Shown: positions 41,924 through 52,034 of the stretch, piece by piece
How positions within the stretch are numbered: position 1 is the first letter of the stretch
How the letters are laid out: each line of letters starts with the position of its first letter
IMG/VR virus record: IMGVR_UViG_3300023199_000212
Location: 1-52,958 of that record
Length of the DNA stretch: 52,958 nucleotides
Reading direction: 5' to 3' (one strand)
From: a virus
Taxonomy: Duplodnaviria; Caudoviricetes
Notes under the pieces: model-generated
Database searches by the model: none
What the model was told of the DNA's origin: nothing
Seen by the model: only the letters and a program-made list of their open reading frames with translations
Translations under genes and position numbers: made by a program

Positions 41924-44185
41924 CTACGCAGCGACCTTGTCTAGGTTGGACTTGTCCACGTAGGATCCACCCTTCTCCATGACGATTCGACCATCGACGA
42001 GATCGTACAGGACGGGTGTCCCGTCGATGGTCTCGGGCTCCGCACCCTTGAGCCAGCGCCGCATGTAAGCAGGCTGGGCAGACAGCCTTACGTCAGGCAT
42101 GATGATCGCCATTGCTTCGCACATGAGCTGACTAGCCCGGGCGCCCATGGCAAAGGCGCGCTCCTCGGGGAACATGAAGATCAGCTCGTCGTGGACGAAG
42201 GCGATGGGCATGCCGCCGTAGAGCGGGTCCTCCGCAGAGATCGGATCAACACAGCGCCGGGTCACGCTCCAGACGGCCAGCTTGGCCCCTTCCGCGCTGG
42301 GCGTCTGCAGGCCGTAGCCGTTCGCCGTCGCGCAGTAGTTGCTGTTGGCCCGGAACATGCCGAGGGGGGACGTGTAGCAGAGGCCTCCCCGCTCGTCTCC
42401 GGCGTTCTCGTGATCCTCTTGATGCGGCACCCACTCATTCAGGTATCGGTCGGCCTCCGGGTAGGTGCGGAGCCACAGAGCCTTGAGCTTCGTGGCGGTG
42501 TCAAGATCGACCTCGACTCCGTACGTCTGCCGTGCGTAGTCGATGAACGTCCGCGGGCCGAGGCCGCCGGGGAACCCGAGGCCGGTGGGCTTTGCGAACG
42601 TGCGATAGTGCTTGAACTTCTTCTCGAACTCCGCGATCCCACAGCCCTTGAGCGTGAGGAACTCGCGGTAGATCTCGTCGTCGGACGCTCCGTCGAGCGA
42701 CTCCCGGATGCCCGCGTCGAGCGAGTAGGCCAGCTGCGAGCCGAGGTAGGCGTGCAGGTCGTAGCCAAGGTTGATCTTGTCCCGGTGGACGGAGAAGCCG
42801 AAGAGGTCGTACGTCTGCTGCGCGAAGGAGCACAGCTCGAGCGCCGAGAAGTCGATCGCGCAGAAGACATGGCCGGGGTCCGGCACGAAGCAGGCGCGGA
42901 TCGCCAGGTTGCCCTCCTCGATGCGCGGGGCCTGCTGGATGTTCATGCTGGGGAAGAGCTTCTTCTTCCCGCCCGCATTGCGGGAGCTGGTGCGGCCCGT
43001 CGACACGAGGACGTTGAACCCCGGATAGACCCGATCGTGCTCCTCCAGCAGGACCGGGAGGAAGGCGTCGCGCAGCTTGATGTACTTGGCCCGCGTGTGG
43101 AGACGCTCCAGCAGGCCGCTCTCGTCGAGCGGAGCGATCTGCTGCAGCGCGTCCTTATCCATGCTCACGAGGCCCGTCTCGCTGCGTTTGGGCTCGAGCC
43201 CACGGCTCTCGCAGAACTCCTCGATGTAGCTGCGGATGGCCTTGTGGCTGGACTTCTCGGGCTGTGCCTTGACCACGATCGGCTGGCCTTCGAGCGGTCC
43301 CTTGCGGTGGCGCATGACCTGGCCCGCCTTGGTCTTCCGCATGCGCTCCGGCTGCGGCGGCGTGAGGAACCCGGCCTCGTACAGCGGCCGGTGCTGCTCT
43401 GGCGACAGCTTCTCCGTGAGCGCGGCGTGGAGGCGTTCGACCTGCTCGCGGTCCTTGAGCATGCCGCGGTTCGTCATGAGCTGCAGACAGATCGAGACCG
43501 CCGCCTGGAAGGCCTCGGTGCTGCAGCTCTCGTGGCCCTCGGGTTTCGCCCGCTTCATCTGCTCCTCGAAGACCAGGAGCGTGCCCCACGCGTCGGCGAT
43601 CGCGTAGTCGGCCGCCTCGCGGGGATAGTCCACCGGCGCCGTGCCGGAGAGCACGGAGTAGTTGACGCGCCAGTGGTCGCCTTCCTCGCTCTCCTTCTCG
43701 TCGCGGCGGTCGAAGCCGAGGTAGAAGCTCTCGAGCGACGCGAGGTCGTACTTGATCTCGGCGCCTTTCTCGCTGTTGGGGAGCGGCCGGGACTCGAGCG
43801 AGCCGATCGTCGAGAGGTTGAGGAGTTTCTCGATGATCAACACGTCGTGGATGCGCTGCGCGTCTGCCGCGGAGAAGACGGACGTGATCGCGCGCTCCGG
43901 GTCGTCGAACATGCCGACGCACGCATCGAACGCGGCGAAGTGGCAGACGATATGCACGTCGGGATCCGTGAGGAGCCGGTGGAACGTGTCCGCCATCGCC
44001 CCCTCCTCATCGTCACCGACGAGGGCGACCTGGACCCCCCTCCGGGTCTCCGTGACGACCGAGCTGGAGTCGGGCAGGTAGGGCCCAAGATCCGCTCTGG
44101 AGGCCAGCGAAAGGCAGACAGGCGCCGGAATCACTTGACCGGGGCCGATCGGGAAGGTCTCATAGTCGATGGCGACGTGCTTCAT
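41924..44185 (-). CDS. polA: family A DNA polymerase with 3'-5' exonuclease
   Basis: Exo IDYET/FD/YAIADA; TGRTSS, NIQQ.PR, motif A IDFSALE, motif B RTFAK, motif C VHDE. Confidence 0.95.
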   Translation of the reverse strand: MKHVAIDYETFPIGPGQVIPAPVCLSLASRADLGPYLPDSSSVVTETRRGVQVALVGDDEEGAMADTFHRLLTDPDVHIVCHFAAFDACVGMFDDPERAITSVFSAADAQRIHDVLIIEKLLNLSTIGSLESRPLPNSEKGAEIKYDLASLESFYLGFDRRDEKESEEGDHWRVNYSVLSGTAPVDYPREAADYAIADAWGTLLVFEEQMKRAKPEGHESCSTEAFQAAVSICLQLMTNRGMLKDREQVERLHAALTEKLSPEQHRPLYEAGFLTPPQPERMRKTKAGQVMRHRKGPLEGQPIVVKAQPEKSSHKAIRSYIEEFCESRGLEPKRSETGLVSMDKDALQQIAPLDESGLLERLHTRAKYIKLRDAFLPVLLEEHDRVYPGFNVLVSTGRTSSRNAGGKKKLFPSMNIQQAPRIEEGNLAIRACFVPDPGHVFCAIDFSALELCSFAQQTYDLFGFSVHRDKINLGYDLHAYLGSQLAYSLDAGIRESLDGASDDEIYREFLTLKGCGIAEFEKKFKHYRTFAKPTGLGFPGGLGPRTFIDYARQTYGVEVDLDTATKLKALWLRTYPEADRYLNEWVPHQEDHENAGDERGGLCYTSPLGMFRANSNYCATANGYGLQTPSAEGAKLAVWSVTRRCVDPISAEDPLYGGMPIAFVHDELIFMFPEERAFAMGARASQLMCEAMAIIMPDVRLSAQPAYMRRWLKGAEPETIDGTPVLYDLVDGRIVMEKGGSYVDKSNLDKVAA

Positions 44186-44256
44186 GGTGCGTCTTGCCAA
44201 AAGGTGCTGGGGCGTCGGAGTGCTAAGTCCGGCGCCCCGCTTTCGTCCTCTGGCGC

Positions 44257-44820
44257 CTAGGCCGCCTGGGCCTCCTGCTCGTCCTCGGACAGCAGGTCGA
44301 ACTGCTCCTGCGTGATCAGGCCCTCGCGGAGCCTGTCCTCGTTCGTGACGACCGCCTCGTAGGCCACGCGGGTGAAGTCGAGGTCGGCGTTCGTGCGGAC
44401 GTGGTAGGCGCGCACGCGCACCATCATGCCCGCGAGCGGCTGGTCGTCGGAGACGATGCCCAGCATGACCTCCTCGTCGATGTCGTCGGCCTCGGCGTCG
44501 GGGATGAGCGTGAGGGAGAACGCCTTGATGTCGGCCAGCGACGATTCCTTGCCGTTGCCGTGCAGGGGAAGCAGGTGGGTAGCCTGCGAGCCGACCGCGT
44601 TGGACTTGAAAGGCTTGTCCCCCTTCTTCGTCTTCGCGATCCCCTCCTGGTAGTCGGTGACGTGCAGGACGGTCGTCTCGATGACGAAGTTGTGGTCCTC
44701 GCTGCGGTTCTCCTTCAGCCGGACGCTGTCGATCCGCAGGACGTAGCTGCCGGGCTGGATGTAGCTGTCCCGGCGGGACGGCTTCTGGTCCTTGAAGCCC
44801 TTGAACGGGTTCCGTGCCAT
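44257..44820 (-). CDS. putative single-stranded DNA-binding protein
   Basis: YIQPGSY.LRI beta-rich body with acidic C-terminus, between helicase and polymerase; AGGAG RBS. Confidence 0.55.
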   Translation of the reverse strand: MARNPFKGFKDQKPSRRDSYIQPGSYVLRIDSVRLKENRSEDHNFVIETTVLHVTDYQEGIAKTKKGDKPFKSNAVGSQATHLLPLHGNGKESSLADIKAFSLTLIPDAEADDIDEEVMLGIVSDDQPLAGMMVRVRAYHVRTNADLDFTRVAYEAVVTNEDRLREGLITQEQFDLLSEDEQEAQAA

Positions 44821-44887
44821 GGTTTCGTGTCTCCTGGGTTCTTGCTTGAAAGGTGCTTTGGCTGTAGACCCTCTGTCTACCGCTCGG

Positions 44888-44915
44888 ATTGTATCTTGGT
44901 GTTTAGGTAGGTCAA
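44888..44915 (-). promoter_or_regulatory. sigma70-type promoter for SSB/polA
   Basis: TTGACC-N16-TACAAT; same GACTTGACCT -35 context as the promoter at 5726. Confidence 0.6.
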
Positions 44916-44924
44916 GTCTTTTTC

Positions 44925-47144
44925 TCAGGGTCGCTGTCCAGCCCCGAAGTGCTTGCGCATGGCCGCCTCCATGGCCGAGCCTCCCTGCGGGTCGAGGCCG
45001 CGCTCCTCCATGACGCTGTGCGGGAAGAGCTTCGGCAGCGGGTTCCAGCCCGCCACGACGGCCTTCTGAGTGCCGCCGCCGCTCTGGTGGATGTAGAGCG
45101 AGTCTGTGAGGCTCGCGGCCAGCAGGACGTAGTCGAAGTCGCTGGCGTGGTTCGTGTGGCAGATCAGCTCGTCCGCCTGCTGGCCTCGCCGGTGTAGGCG
45201 CCCCAGCATCTGCTCCACGTCCTTGGCGCTCCTCGGCCACTGCACGACGAGCTGATTGCTGTGGAACTGGAGGTTCTTGCCGGTGTTGTGCGCGGCGATC
45301 GACGCGACGACGAGACGGCCCTCGGAGTCGAGGATGCGCTTGTTGCCAGCGTCGCCCGCGGGGCAGTACAGCGGCTCGAGTCCGGCCTCCTGCAGCGCCT
45401 CGCGGAGCCACTGTCCGATCGCGTTGTGCCAGAACCAGATGATGCCGGACTTGTGCTCGCGCGCCCACGCTACCGCGTGCTGGACCTTGTAGTCGCAGAC
45501 GCGGATAGGCGTGGCCTCACGCTCTGGGCGGCCGTCGAAGTCCAGCTTGTGCTGCTCCTCCCACAGCGCGACGAGCAGCGGATCGACCTGCAGGTCGAAG
45601 TCCTTGCCCGAGACCTCGGCGCGGAGGAACCTGCTGATGTGGCCGCCGACGAGGAAGGGCGTATCGAGCCCCTTGACGTGCCTCTTCTGCAGCCACTTGC
45701 GGAGAGTCCCCTGGTAGATCTTGTGCGCCTCGTGCCACTCGACGGCGCGAGCGACGATCTCCTCGGCCTCGGCCAAGCTGATCTGGCGCAGCTCCGCGAA
45801 CTTCTCCGGCTTCGGCCACGTCAGCTTGTGCCAGAAGCCCGCGGTCAGCTCGTGGAGCCACTTGAACTTGTGCAAGCCGTAGTCGATGGGGTCGCCGTTC
45901 GGAGTCTCCCAGTCGGTGACCACCTTGCGGATCAGCTCCTGCAGGTCCTCGTATCCGGGGCGGCCGCAGTCGGGGCCGGGGACGTACTGCTCGATCGTGA
46001 GTGACGTGCCGATCTCGGCGTTGGGCGACTGCACGACGCCCGGCGTCGTCGCCATACGGAAGTTGTACGCCGCGCGGAAACCGCGCAGGCTGGCGCCGAC
46101 CTCGTGGGGGCAGCCGTCCTGCTGGCGGGCCCATGAGATCAGGTTCATGATCGGGCCCGTGTCTGCGCTCTCGCCCTGCCACGTCGCACTCGTCTCCGAA
46201 TCGAGCACCTGCGCCCACTCATACGCCAGGTTGTAGGTCAGCGGAAGGGCGCTCCCTGCCCCAAGGCACCACAGCATCAGGTGGTGGTAGTCGAGCACGC
46301 TCTTGAGCGTCATCGTGCCGGAGAGCGCGACGAACTGCGGGTGGTGCTCCTCGACGTACGCCTTCACGCGCTTCGTGCGCGCGCTATCGACGTTCTTGAG
46401 CATGTGCGCTTCGTCCGCGATGATCAGACCGGGCTTGACAGCGTCGAGCATTTCGCTCGCATCGCGGCTCGAGAGCAACGAGTACGGGATGACGTAGCAG
46501 CCCTTCCTACCGCTGCTGCAGAGCATGCGCCTGCGCCTGATCGGCTCGCCGCCGATCCAGATGAACGGCAGGCCGAACAGCGCGAGCGTCTCGCGCGCCT
46601 GAGGCACGTCGCGCTCCATGAGCTGAGCGTAGACGTTGGGCGGCACGAAGAGGACGCTCTTCTTGACACCCTCGTTGTACGCCAGGGCCGCGCACATGAT
46701 CGTGATGAAGGTCTTGCCCTTGCCCACGCCGATCGGACCGAAAAGGCCCTTGTGCTCGTCGAACGTGAGCAGAGCCTCGATCTGCTCCTCGCCGAAGCGG
46801 AAGCCGTCGTCGTACGGGTGCGCTTGGATGAGGGCCTCCTGCAGCAGATCGCGGTCCTCATCGCAGTAGCGGACGTGCGTGGGGATCTGGACGATGCGGC
46901 CGACTTCCTTGTAGGCGGGGCGCACTTCGGCCGTGCGCCCGGCAAGAACCTGCTGAAGGAACGCCTGCGCCTTGTTCGTCCTCGACAGTTCGTCGAGGGT
47001 CTGATCCAGCTCCTCTCCATGTGCGATGACGCGATAGGCCTTCTCGCGCCGCTCTCGCTCCATAGCCTCGGCCAGGGTAGAGGGGAGGCGCCCGCGCGAA
47101 GCAGACGCCCCCTTCCTCTGCAGGAACTCCAGCGCCTTGTTCAC
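44925..47144 (-). CDS. superfamily 2 (SNF2-like) helicase
   Basis: GVGKGKT, IIADEAH, LSGT, GKNLQ, EQMLGRLHRRGQ. Confidence 0.9.
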   Translation of the reverse strand: MNKALEFLQRKGASASRGRLPSTLAEAMERERREKAYRVIAHGEELDQTLDELSRTNKAQAFLQQVLAGRTAEVRPAYKEVGRIVQIPTHVRYCDEDRDLLQEALIQAHPYDDGFRFGEEQIEALLTFDEHKGLFGPIGVGKGKTFITIMCAALAYNEGVKKSVLFVPPNVYAQLMERDVPQARETLALFGLPFIWIGGEPIRRRRMLCSSGRKGCYVIPYSLLSSRDASEMLDAVKPGLIIADEAHMLKNVDSARTKRVKAYVEEHHPQFVALSGTMTLKSVLDYHHLMLWCLGAGSALPLTYNLAYEWAQVLDSETSATWQGESADTGPIMNLISWARQQDGCPHEVGASLRGFRAAYNFRMATTPGVVQSPNAEIGTSLTIEQYVPGPDCGRPGYEDLQELIRKVVTDWETPNGDPIDYGLHKFKWLHELTAGFWHKLTWPKPEKFAELRQISLAEAEEIVARAVEWHEAHKIYQGTLRKWLQKRHVKGLDTPFLVGGHISRFLRAEVSGKDFDLQVDPLLVALWEEQHKLDFDGRPEREATPIRVCDYKVQHAVAWAREHKSGIIWFWHNAIGQWLREALQEAGLEPLYCPAGDAGNKRILDSEGRLVVASIAAHNTGKNLQFHSNQLVVQWPRSAKDVEQMLGRLHRRGQQADELICHTNHASDFDYVLLAASLTDSLYIHQSGGGTQKAVVAGWNPLPKLFPHSVMEERGLDPQGGSAMEAAMRKHFGAGQRP

Positions 47145-47350
47145 TAGCTGTTGTCGAACGGCGTGCTCTGCTTGAAGATCGTGCGGGCCTTGACGACCTG
47201 CTCCTCGACCTCCACCCTCGCGCCGTCCTTCAGCTCTTCACACGCGCACGACATCGCCTCGGCGAGGTCGTCGAACTCGTCGCTGTAGGAACCCGCTCCG
47301 TTCGCGTAGTGAACGACGTACTTCGTGAACGACCCGCGCCGTCCTCCCAT
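47144..47350 (-). CDS. hypothetical protein (68 aa)
   Basis: Coupled between nuclease and helicase genes. Confidence 0.55.
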   Translation of the reverse strand: MGGRRGSFTKYVVHYANGAGSYSDEFDDLAEAMSCACEELKDGARVEVEEQVVKARTIFKQSTPFDNS

Positions 47351-49299
47351 CACTTCACCGCGTGGATGACCGTGGTGGCGAACTTGCTCAACGCGCCCGC
47401 GAGCGCGTTCTCGTCCGGCGAGAGGCCGGTCGTGAAGACGATGGCCTCTCCGGGGATGTGCTCGTCGATGATCGCCTCGATGCGGCGCGCGAGGTTGTCG
47501 CGGCGATCGAAGGCGCCCAGCGCGTAGTAGCTGTCCGCGCCGAGGGCCTCGGCCAGCTGCGCGCCGACGGTCGTGAGCAGGTCGCTCAGGTTGATGACCT
47601 CGTGTACGGCCGAGACCTTGGAGGGCGCCGCGCCGAACAGGAGGATGAACCTGTCCTTCGGCTTGGACTTCGAGCCCTTGGGGCGTCCGCGGCGGCGCTT
47701 CGGCTCCTCGGGCTGCTTCGCCTTGCCCTTGGCCTCGGCCATGAGCGGGGTCTCGGGCTCCTGCTTCTCCGGCTCGGTGGCGGGCTGCTCGGGCGACGTG
47801 TCGTCGTCGATGCCCGCCTTGCCGCCGTTGCGCTCGGCCTTCTTGCGGGCGATCAGCGCGGCCATCGGGCTGACGCCGTCGCCGTTCGGAGCGGGGGCAG
47901 AGCTTGCCGGGGCGGACTCGGATTCCTGGGCGGTCTCCTTTTCCTCGACCGTTCCCTTGTCGGGGCTGTCCGGGGAACCCCCGGCGTCGCTCTGCTCCTG
48001 CTCCTGGAGGGCCTTGTCCGCGACCCAGTCCCAGACCTTCTCGCCCTCGACGACCTTCACGCGCTTCATGTCGAAGCCCGTCTTCTTCTTGCAGATGCGA
48101 CAGCTGCAGCCCTTGGTGTTCCAGCCGCTGCCGCCGCACGCGGGGCAGTCCTCGTAGCGCCACGGGGGCGCGACCGGCGCGCTCCCCTCCTCGCCCTTCT
48201 CGGGCTCGGCGTTGGCGGGCTGCTGGGGCGACGCGGCGCGACCGCCTCCGTTGGTCTTGCGTTTCTTGAGATCGGCGAGCAGGCTCATAGGCGTCTTCTC
48301 CGTCTTGCTTGAGGTGCTGTGCTGTAAAGCTATCACGTCCGGGGGAAGCTGTCCAGCTATTTCCACTCTGGCGCGCTGAATACGGTCCTGTCGAGCCTTG
48401 TACTTCTCCGGCGTCTCCTGTCCGGAGCAGATGGTCGCGAAGGGGCAGCCGCCGTACATGCGCGCGCACTCCGTGCCCTTGCACGGGACGCGGTCCCAGC
48501 TCTCGGCCTCGACCTTCGACCACTTCACCATGTCGTGGCCGACGGCGACGAGGCTCTGCCACTGCTCCTCGACGTGCTCGACGGTGACGAAGATCGGCTG
48601 CCCCCGCGAGTTGAGCGAGACGCGCTCGCCCTTGGGGGTGCCGAGGTCTTTCAGGTAGTTGACGTGTCGGATCTCGACCTCCTTCGGCACGGGCAGGCCG
48701 TTCTCGCGGAGGAAGTCGAGCAGCAGCTTTGCGTAGAGCATCAGCTGCGGATCCATTCGCATCTTCGCCTCGCTGAGGCGGTACCGCTTGTTCTTCACCG
48801 ACTTGTGGTCGATGACCGCGGCTCGGCTCGGCACCATCCAGTCGACGAACCCCGTGAGGCGTACGCCGTCGACGAAGGGCTCGCCGGTGAACGACCACTC
48901 GATGCAACGATCGGCCTCACGCGAGAGCAGGCCCTTCTCGACCGCTTCCTCGACCAGCTCGCGGATGAGCTGACCCTCCTTCGCGGGCTCGAGCAGCCGG
49001 AAGTCCCACGGCTGATGCTCGCCGGTCGGGCGTCCGAACTCGGTGATCTCGAAGGACTCCGGGTACAGCTCGATGGGCGTGCCGTCCGCGTCGCGGCCGT
49101 TTGCCTCAGCGGAGAGCCACCGTTCCAGAACCTCGTGCAGGGTCGTGCCGAAGCCGAAGTAGCCCTTCCGCTGCTCGGGGAGCTTGAGGATCTTCGACAG
49201 GTACCAGTAGCGCGGGCCGCGAGCGATGAAGCTCTTGATCTGCGACGCGGAACAGAGCTTGAACCTGGACTTCTCGATGGTGGGGACTGCCACGGTCAT
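47350..49299 (-). CDS. Cas4/RecB-like PD-(D/E)xK exonuclease fused to Zn-finger, disordered linker and AT-hook domain
   Basis: SASQI, GTTLH, GFVD, IDHKS, QLMLYA, C..YGGCPF..IC; CPAC..CRIC; RRGRPKG. Confidence 0.85.
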   Translation of the reverse strand: MTVAVPTIEKSRFKLCSASQIKSFIARGPRYWYLSKILKLPEQRKGYFGFGTTLHEVLERWLSAEANGRDADGTPIELYPESFEITEFGRPTGEHQPWDFRLLEPAKEGQLIRELVEEAVEKGLLSREADRCIEWSFTGEPFVDGVRLTGFVDWMVPSRAAVIDHKSVKNKRYRLSEAKMRMDPQLMLYAKLLLDFLRENGLPVPKEVEIRHVNYLKDLGTPKGERVSLNSRGQPIFVTVEHVEEQWQSLVAVGHDMVKWSKVEAESWDRVPCKGTECARMYGGCPFATICSGQETPEKYKARQDRIQRARVEIAGQLPPDVIALQHSTSSKTEKTPMSLLADLKKRKTNGGGRAASPQQPANAEPEKGEEGSAPVAPPWRYEDCPACGGSGWNTKGCSCRICKKKTGFDMKRVKVVEGEKVWDWVADKALQEQEQSDAGGSPDSPDKGTVEEKETAQESESAPASSAPAPNGDGVSPMAALIARKKAERNGGKAGIDDDTSPEQPATEPEKQEPETPLMAEAKGKAKQPEEPKRRRGRPKGSKSKPKDRFILLFGAAPSKVSAVHEVINLSDLLTTVGAQLAEALGADSYYALGAFDRRDNLARRIEAIIDEHIPGEAIVFTTGLSPDENALAGALSKFATTVIHAVK

Positions 49300-51929
49300 G
49301 CTGCCTTCTCCAAGTGGGTGAGCAGCGCGTCGTGCGGGTAACCCGCGCTCTCGGCGGCGCGCTGCAGAAGTCTGAGATCGATGAGGTACCAGCGCGCTCG
49401 TCGAGGACGCCCCGTTGCGTCGTCCTTGATGCTGTATCGGCCGGTCTCCCACCCCGTGCGCGCGAGCGAGCGCAGCACGACGGCGACTGTGCGCACGTTG
49501 ATGGCGCCGCCCTTGCGCGCCTTGTGGTTGTCGGCGAGCTTCTTGTTCCAGAACTTGACGACCGCGTCGGGCGTCACGTACAGGCAGCCGGGCGTCTCCT
49601 GCGTCGCGATGCCGAGGAAGCCCTGATACCGCCCCTTCTCCTGGATCATCGCGACGAGAGTCTCGACGACCTCCGGCGCGATGCCGGATTCCAAGGTCAT
49701 GTCCTGGATGATGCCCTGCGACAGGTCGCCCTCGACGAGGAACCGCTTGCCGCGCGGCTGGTACTTGGCGGCCTCCCGTAGCCACATGAAGTGCTTGGCG
49801 ACGATCTCGTTGCCGCGCTTGCCTCCGTCTCCGTCGATCCACCCGTCCGTCCACTGGCGGCCGCCTTTCGCCTCCAACAGCGTCGCTGCGTTGTCGGGCT
49901 GGCGGATGTGCATGATGCGAATGCCGATCGCGTCGCGATCCTCGAGGGAGAGGTTGCGCCCCGCCGTCACGCTGCGGATCACGTCGTCGTTGTTCGCGGT
50001 TATCACGAGGCGCAGCGGGGAGCGCATGCGGATCGGCACCTCGAACTTGGGGTTGACGGTGATCGGGTCGCCGGAGGTCCAGCGCCGGAACGTGTCGGCG
50101 GGATCTCTGTTCAGGCTACGCTCGAAGCCTTCGTTGATATTGACGAAGGGCGTCTCCGCGATGTTCGCTTGGTAGTCACCGACCATGTCCTCACCGCCCG
50201 CGTACTTGCGGGTCGTGATGCACTCGGCGAGCCCCTGCATGAGGAGCTTCTTCCCGGCGCCGGGAGGGCCTACTAGGGACAGCGCGCAGATCGGCGTATC
50301 AAAGTCGAGCAGCGCCATACCGATCCAGTGGCAGCCCTTCCGGTAGTGCTCCTCGCGGCCGAAGAACATGCGCAGCCAGAAATCGATGTCGTCGTTCCAC
50401 ACCGGCTCAAGGTCGGGTCGGATGGAGAAGACCGGGATGCTCAGATGCGACTTGCCGGTCGCGTCCAGCTCGAGGACACCGCCCGGGATGTTGGCCCGGC
50501 CGTTGATCGATGCCACGGACGAGCCGTGCTCTTCGAGCAGCTTCGCCGCGGCGCGCGACTGGCGGCTCTCGCCGTCGTCTGTGTACACCCAGAAGTCCAG
50601 GTGCTCGTCCATGCCGATGCGGCGAATGTGCGCGGGGAGCATGTCCTTGCGGACGGGCTGCGGGTGGTAGTAGCCGTTCGGCCCCAGCACCCAGAAGCTG
50701 TTGCCCTTGTTGAGGATCATGCGCTCGGAGAGCCAGTCCCAGAGTCCGGCGTTGTCGCCGAGGATCTCCTCGTCGAGAAAGGGACGGGCCCACTCCCGGG
50801 CGCCCTCCGCGATGCGCTCCTGCTCGGTCATCTGGACCGCCGCCTCGCGCACCTTCTCTTTTTCGCGCTGTTCGACCTTGCCCTCTTCGCACCCCCACGC
50901 GTGCTTGATGTGGTGCCAGAGGGAGTCCCCCCAGCTCCGGCCGCCATCGTCGCCCTCCAGCTGCATGGCGGCGGGGAGGAGGAGCGCATAGCACTTCTCG
51001 ATCGTCGTGCCCTGCAGGTTGTAGAGCAGGGACACGAGCTGCCCGGCGTATCGCAGAAGCGTCGGGTTTCGTTCACCGCGCGGAGCCAGATCCTCGCCCT
51101 CGAAGATGCACGGGAAACACTCGCGGTTCTTGAGGCGCGTCTTCGCGCGGTTCCACCAGTCAGTGCGCTTGCGCTGTTTCCCGTCCCCGGAGGTAGTCCA
51201 GAGCGTGGCCTCGGCCGTCTCCGGGTCGGGCTTCTCCGCGTAGACCGCCTTGCGAGGTGCGATCTGGTCGGGAGCGGCCGCGGGCGGAACGTGCGCGAGG
51301 TTGACGGCCATGTCCGGCTGGATCTCCAGCGCGAAGAACTCCGCGTCCTCGGTGCGCTCTCCGTCCCGCTCGACCTTCGGCAGCCGGAAGAGGCGTGTCC
51401 AGTCCTTGCAGGCCTCGTCGACCAAGATCCCGAGGGAGCGGAACTTCTGCACGAGCGTCAGCAGGCGCTGCTCGGCCTCGTCCACGGGCACGGGGCGCTC
51501 GAGCCGGTAGATGAACCGCGCGCCGTGCTTCGTCGTGTAGAAGGCCGTGTAGCGGCTCAGGAGCCAGGCGTGCTGCCGGTCGCTGTTGCGCGCGTTCTCG
51601 AACTGGTGCCAGAAGTCCTCCAGCGTGTCCAGCGTCCACTCCGCGTGTCCGGGGTTGTCGTAGTCGAGGACGAGGTACTCGGTGAGGATGTCGAGGCCGT
51701 CTTTGCGCAGCTCGGCGAGGATGCTCTTGGTGAAGCGCGGGATCGCTGAGACGCCGTCCTCCTCTTCCTCGTCGGGAACGAAGTAGGTGACGAAGTGCGC
51801 GTCCGAGTCCCAGGTCCGCTCCAGCACGTCCACCAGCTGTGCCTGCTCCAGGATCTCGCAGTCGCCCAACTCGGCCAGCGACTTCAGCGCGGGGATGCGC
51901 TTGCTGCGCAGTACGGGGATCGGGATCAT
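49296..51929 (-). CDS. primase-polymerase / PriCT / helicase fusion
   Basis: LDYD, YTTKHGAR, DWTRLFRLP (AEP-like); GERN.TL (PriCT); LVGPPGAGK Walker A; ITANN. Confidence 0.85.
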   Translation of the reverse strand: MIPIPVLRSKRIPALKSLAELGDCEILEQAQLVDVLERTWDSDAHFVTYFVPDEEEEDGVSAIPRFTKSILAELRKDGLDILTEYLVLDYDNPGHAEWTLDTLEDFWHQFENARNSDRQHAWLLSRYTAFYTTKHGARFIYRLERPVPVDEAEQRLLTLVQKFRSLGILVDEACKDWTRLFRLPKVERDGERTEDAEFFALEIQPDMAVNLAHVPPAAAPDQIAPRKAVYAEKPDPETAEATLWTTSGDGKQRKRTDWWNRAKTRLKNRECFPCIFEGEDLAPRGERNPTLLRYAGQLVSLLYNLQGTTIEKCYALLLPAAMQLEGDDGGRSWGDSLWHHIKHAWGCEEGKVEQREKEKVREAAVQMTEQERIAEGAREWARPFLDEEILGDNAGLWDWLSERMILNKGNSFWVLGPNGYYHPQPVRKDMLPAHIRRIGMDEHLDFWVYTDDGESRQSRAAAKLLEEHGSSVASINGRANIPGGVLELDATGKSHLSIPVFSIRPDLEPVWNDDIDFWLRMFFGREEHYRKGCHWIGMALLDFDTPICALSLVGPPGAGKKLLMQGLAECITTRKYAGGEDMVGDYQANIAETPFVNINEGFERSLNRDPADTFRRWTSGDPITVNPKFEVPIRMRSPLRLVITANNDDVIRSVTAGRNLSLEDRDAIGIRIMHIRQPDNAATLLEAKGGRQWTDGWIDGDGGKRGNEIVAKHFMWLREAAKYQPRGKRFLVEGDLSQGIIQDMTLESGIAPEVVETLVAMIQEKGRYQGFLGIATQETPGCLYVTPDAVVKFWNKKLADNHKARKGGAINVRTVAVVLRSLARTGWETGRYSIKDDATGRPRRARWYLIDLRLLQRAAESAGYPHDALLTHLEKAA

Positions 51930-52034
51930 GCGGTCTCCGAGAAAGCGTCGCGCCTCCGGGGGCAACCTGACCGGCGGGTGTACATGTACGCATGCGCCGC
52001 GTGCTCACCCGGAGGCGTCGCTATGGTGTCCAGT

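Noticed and set aside
38177-44185. 2-aminoadenine (Z-genome) pathway
   Set aside because: No PurZ/adenylosuccinate-synthetase homologue in the window
47350-49299. Cas4-like nuclease as evidence of a CRISPR system
   Set aside because: No repeat-spacer array or other cas genes; stand-alone Cas4/RecB nucleases are common in phage replication modules
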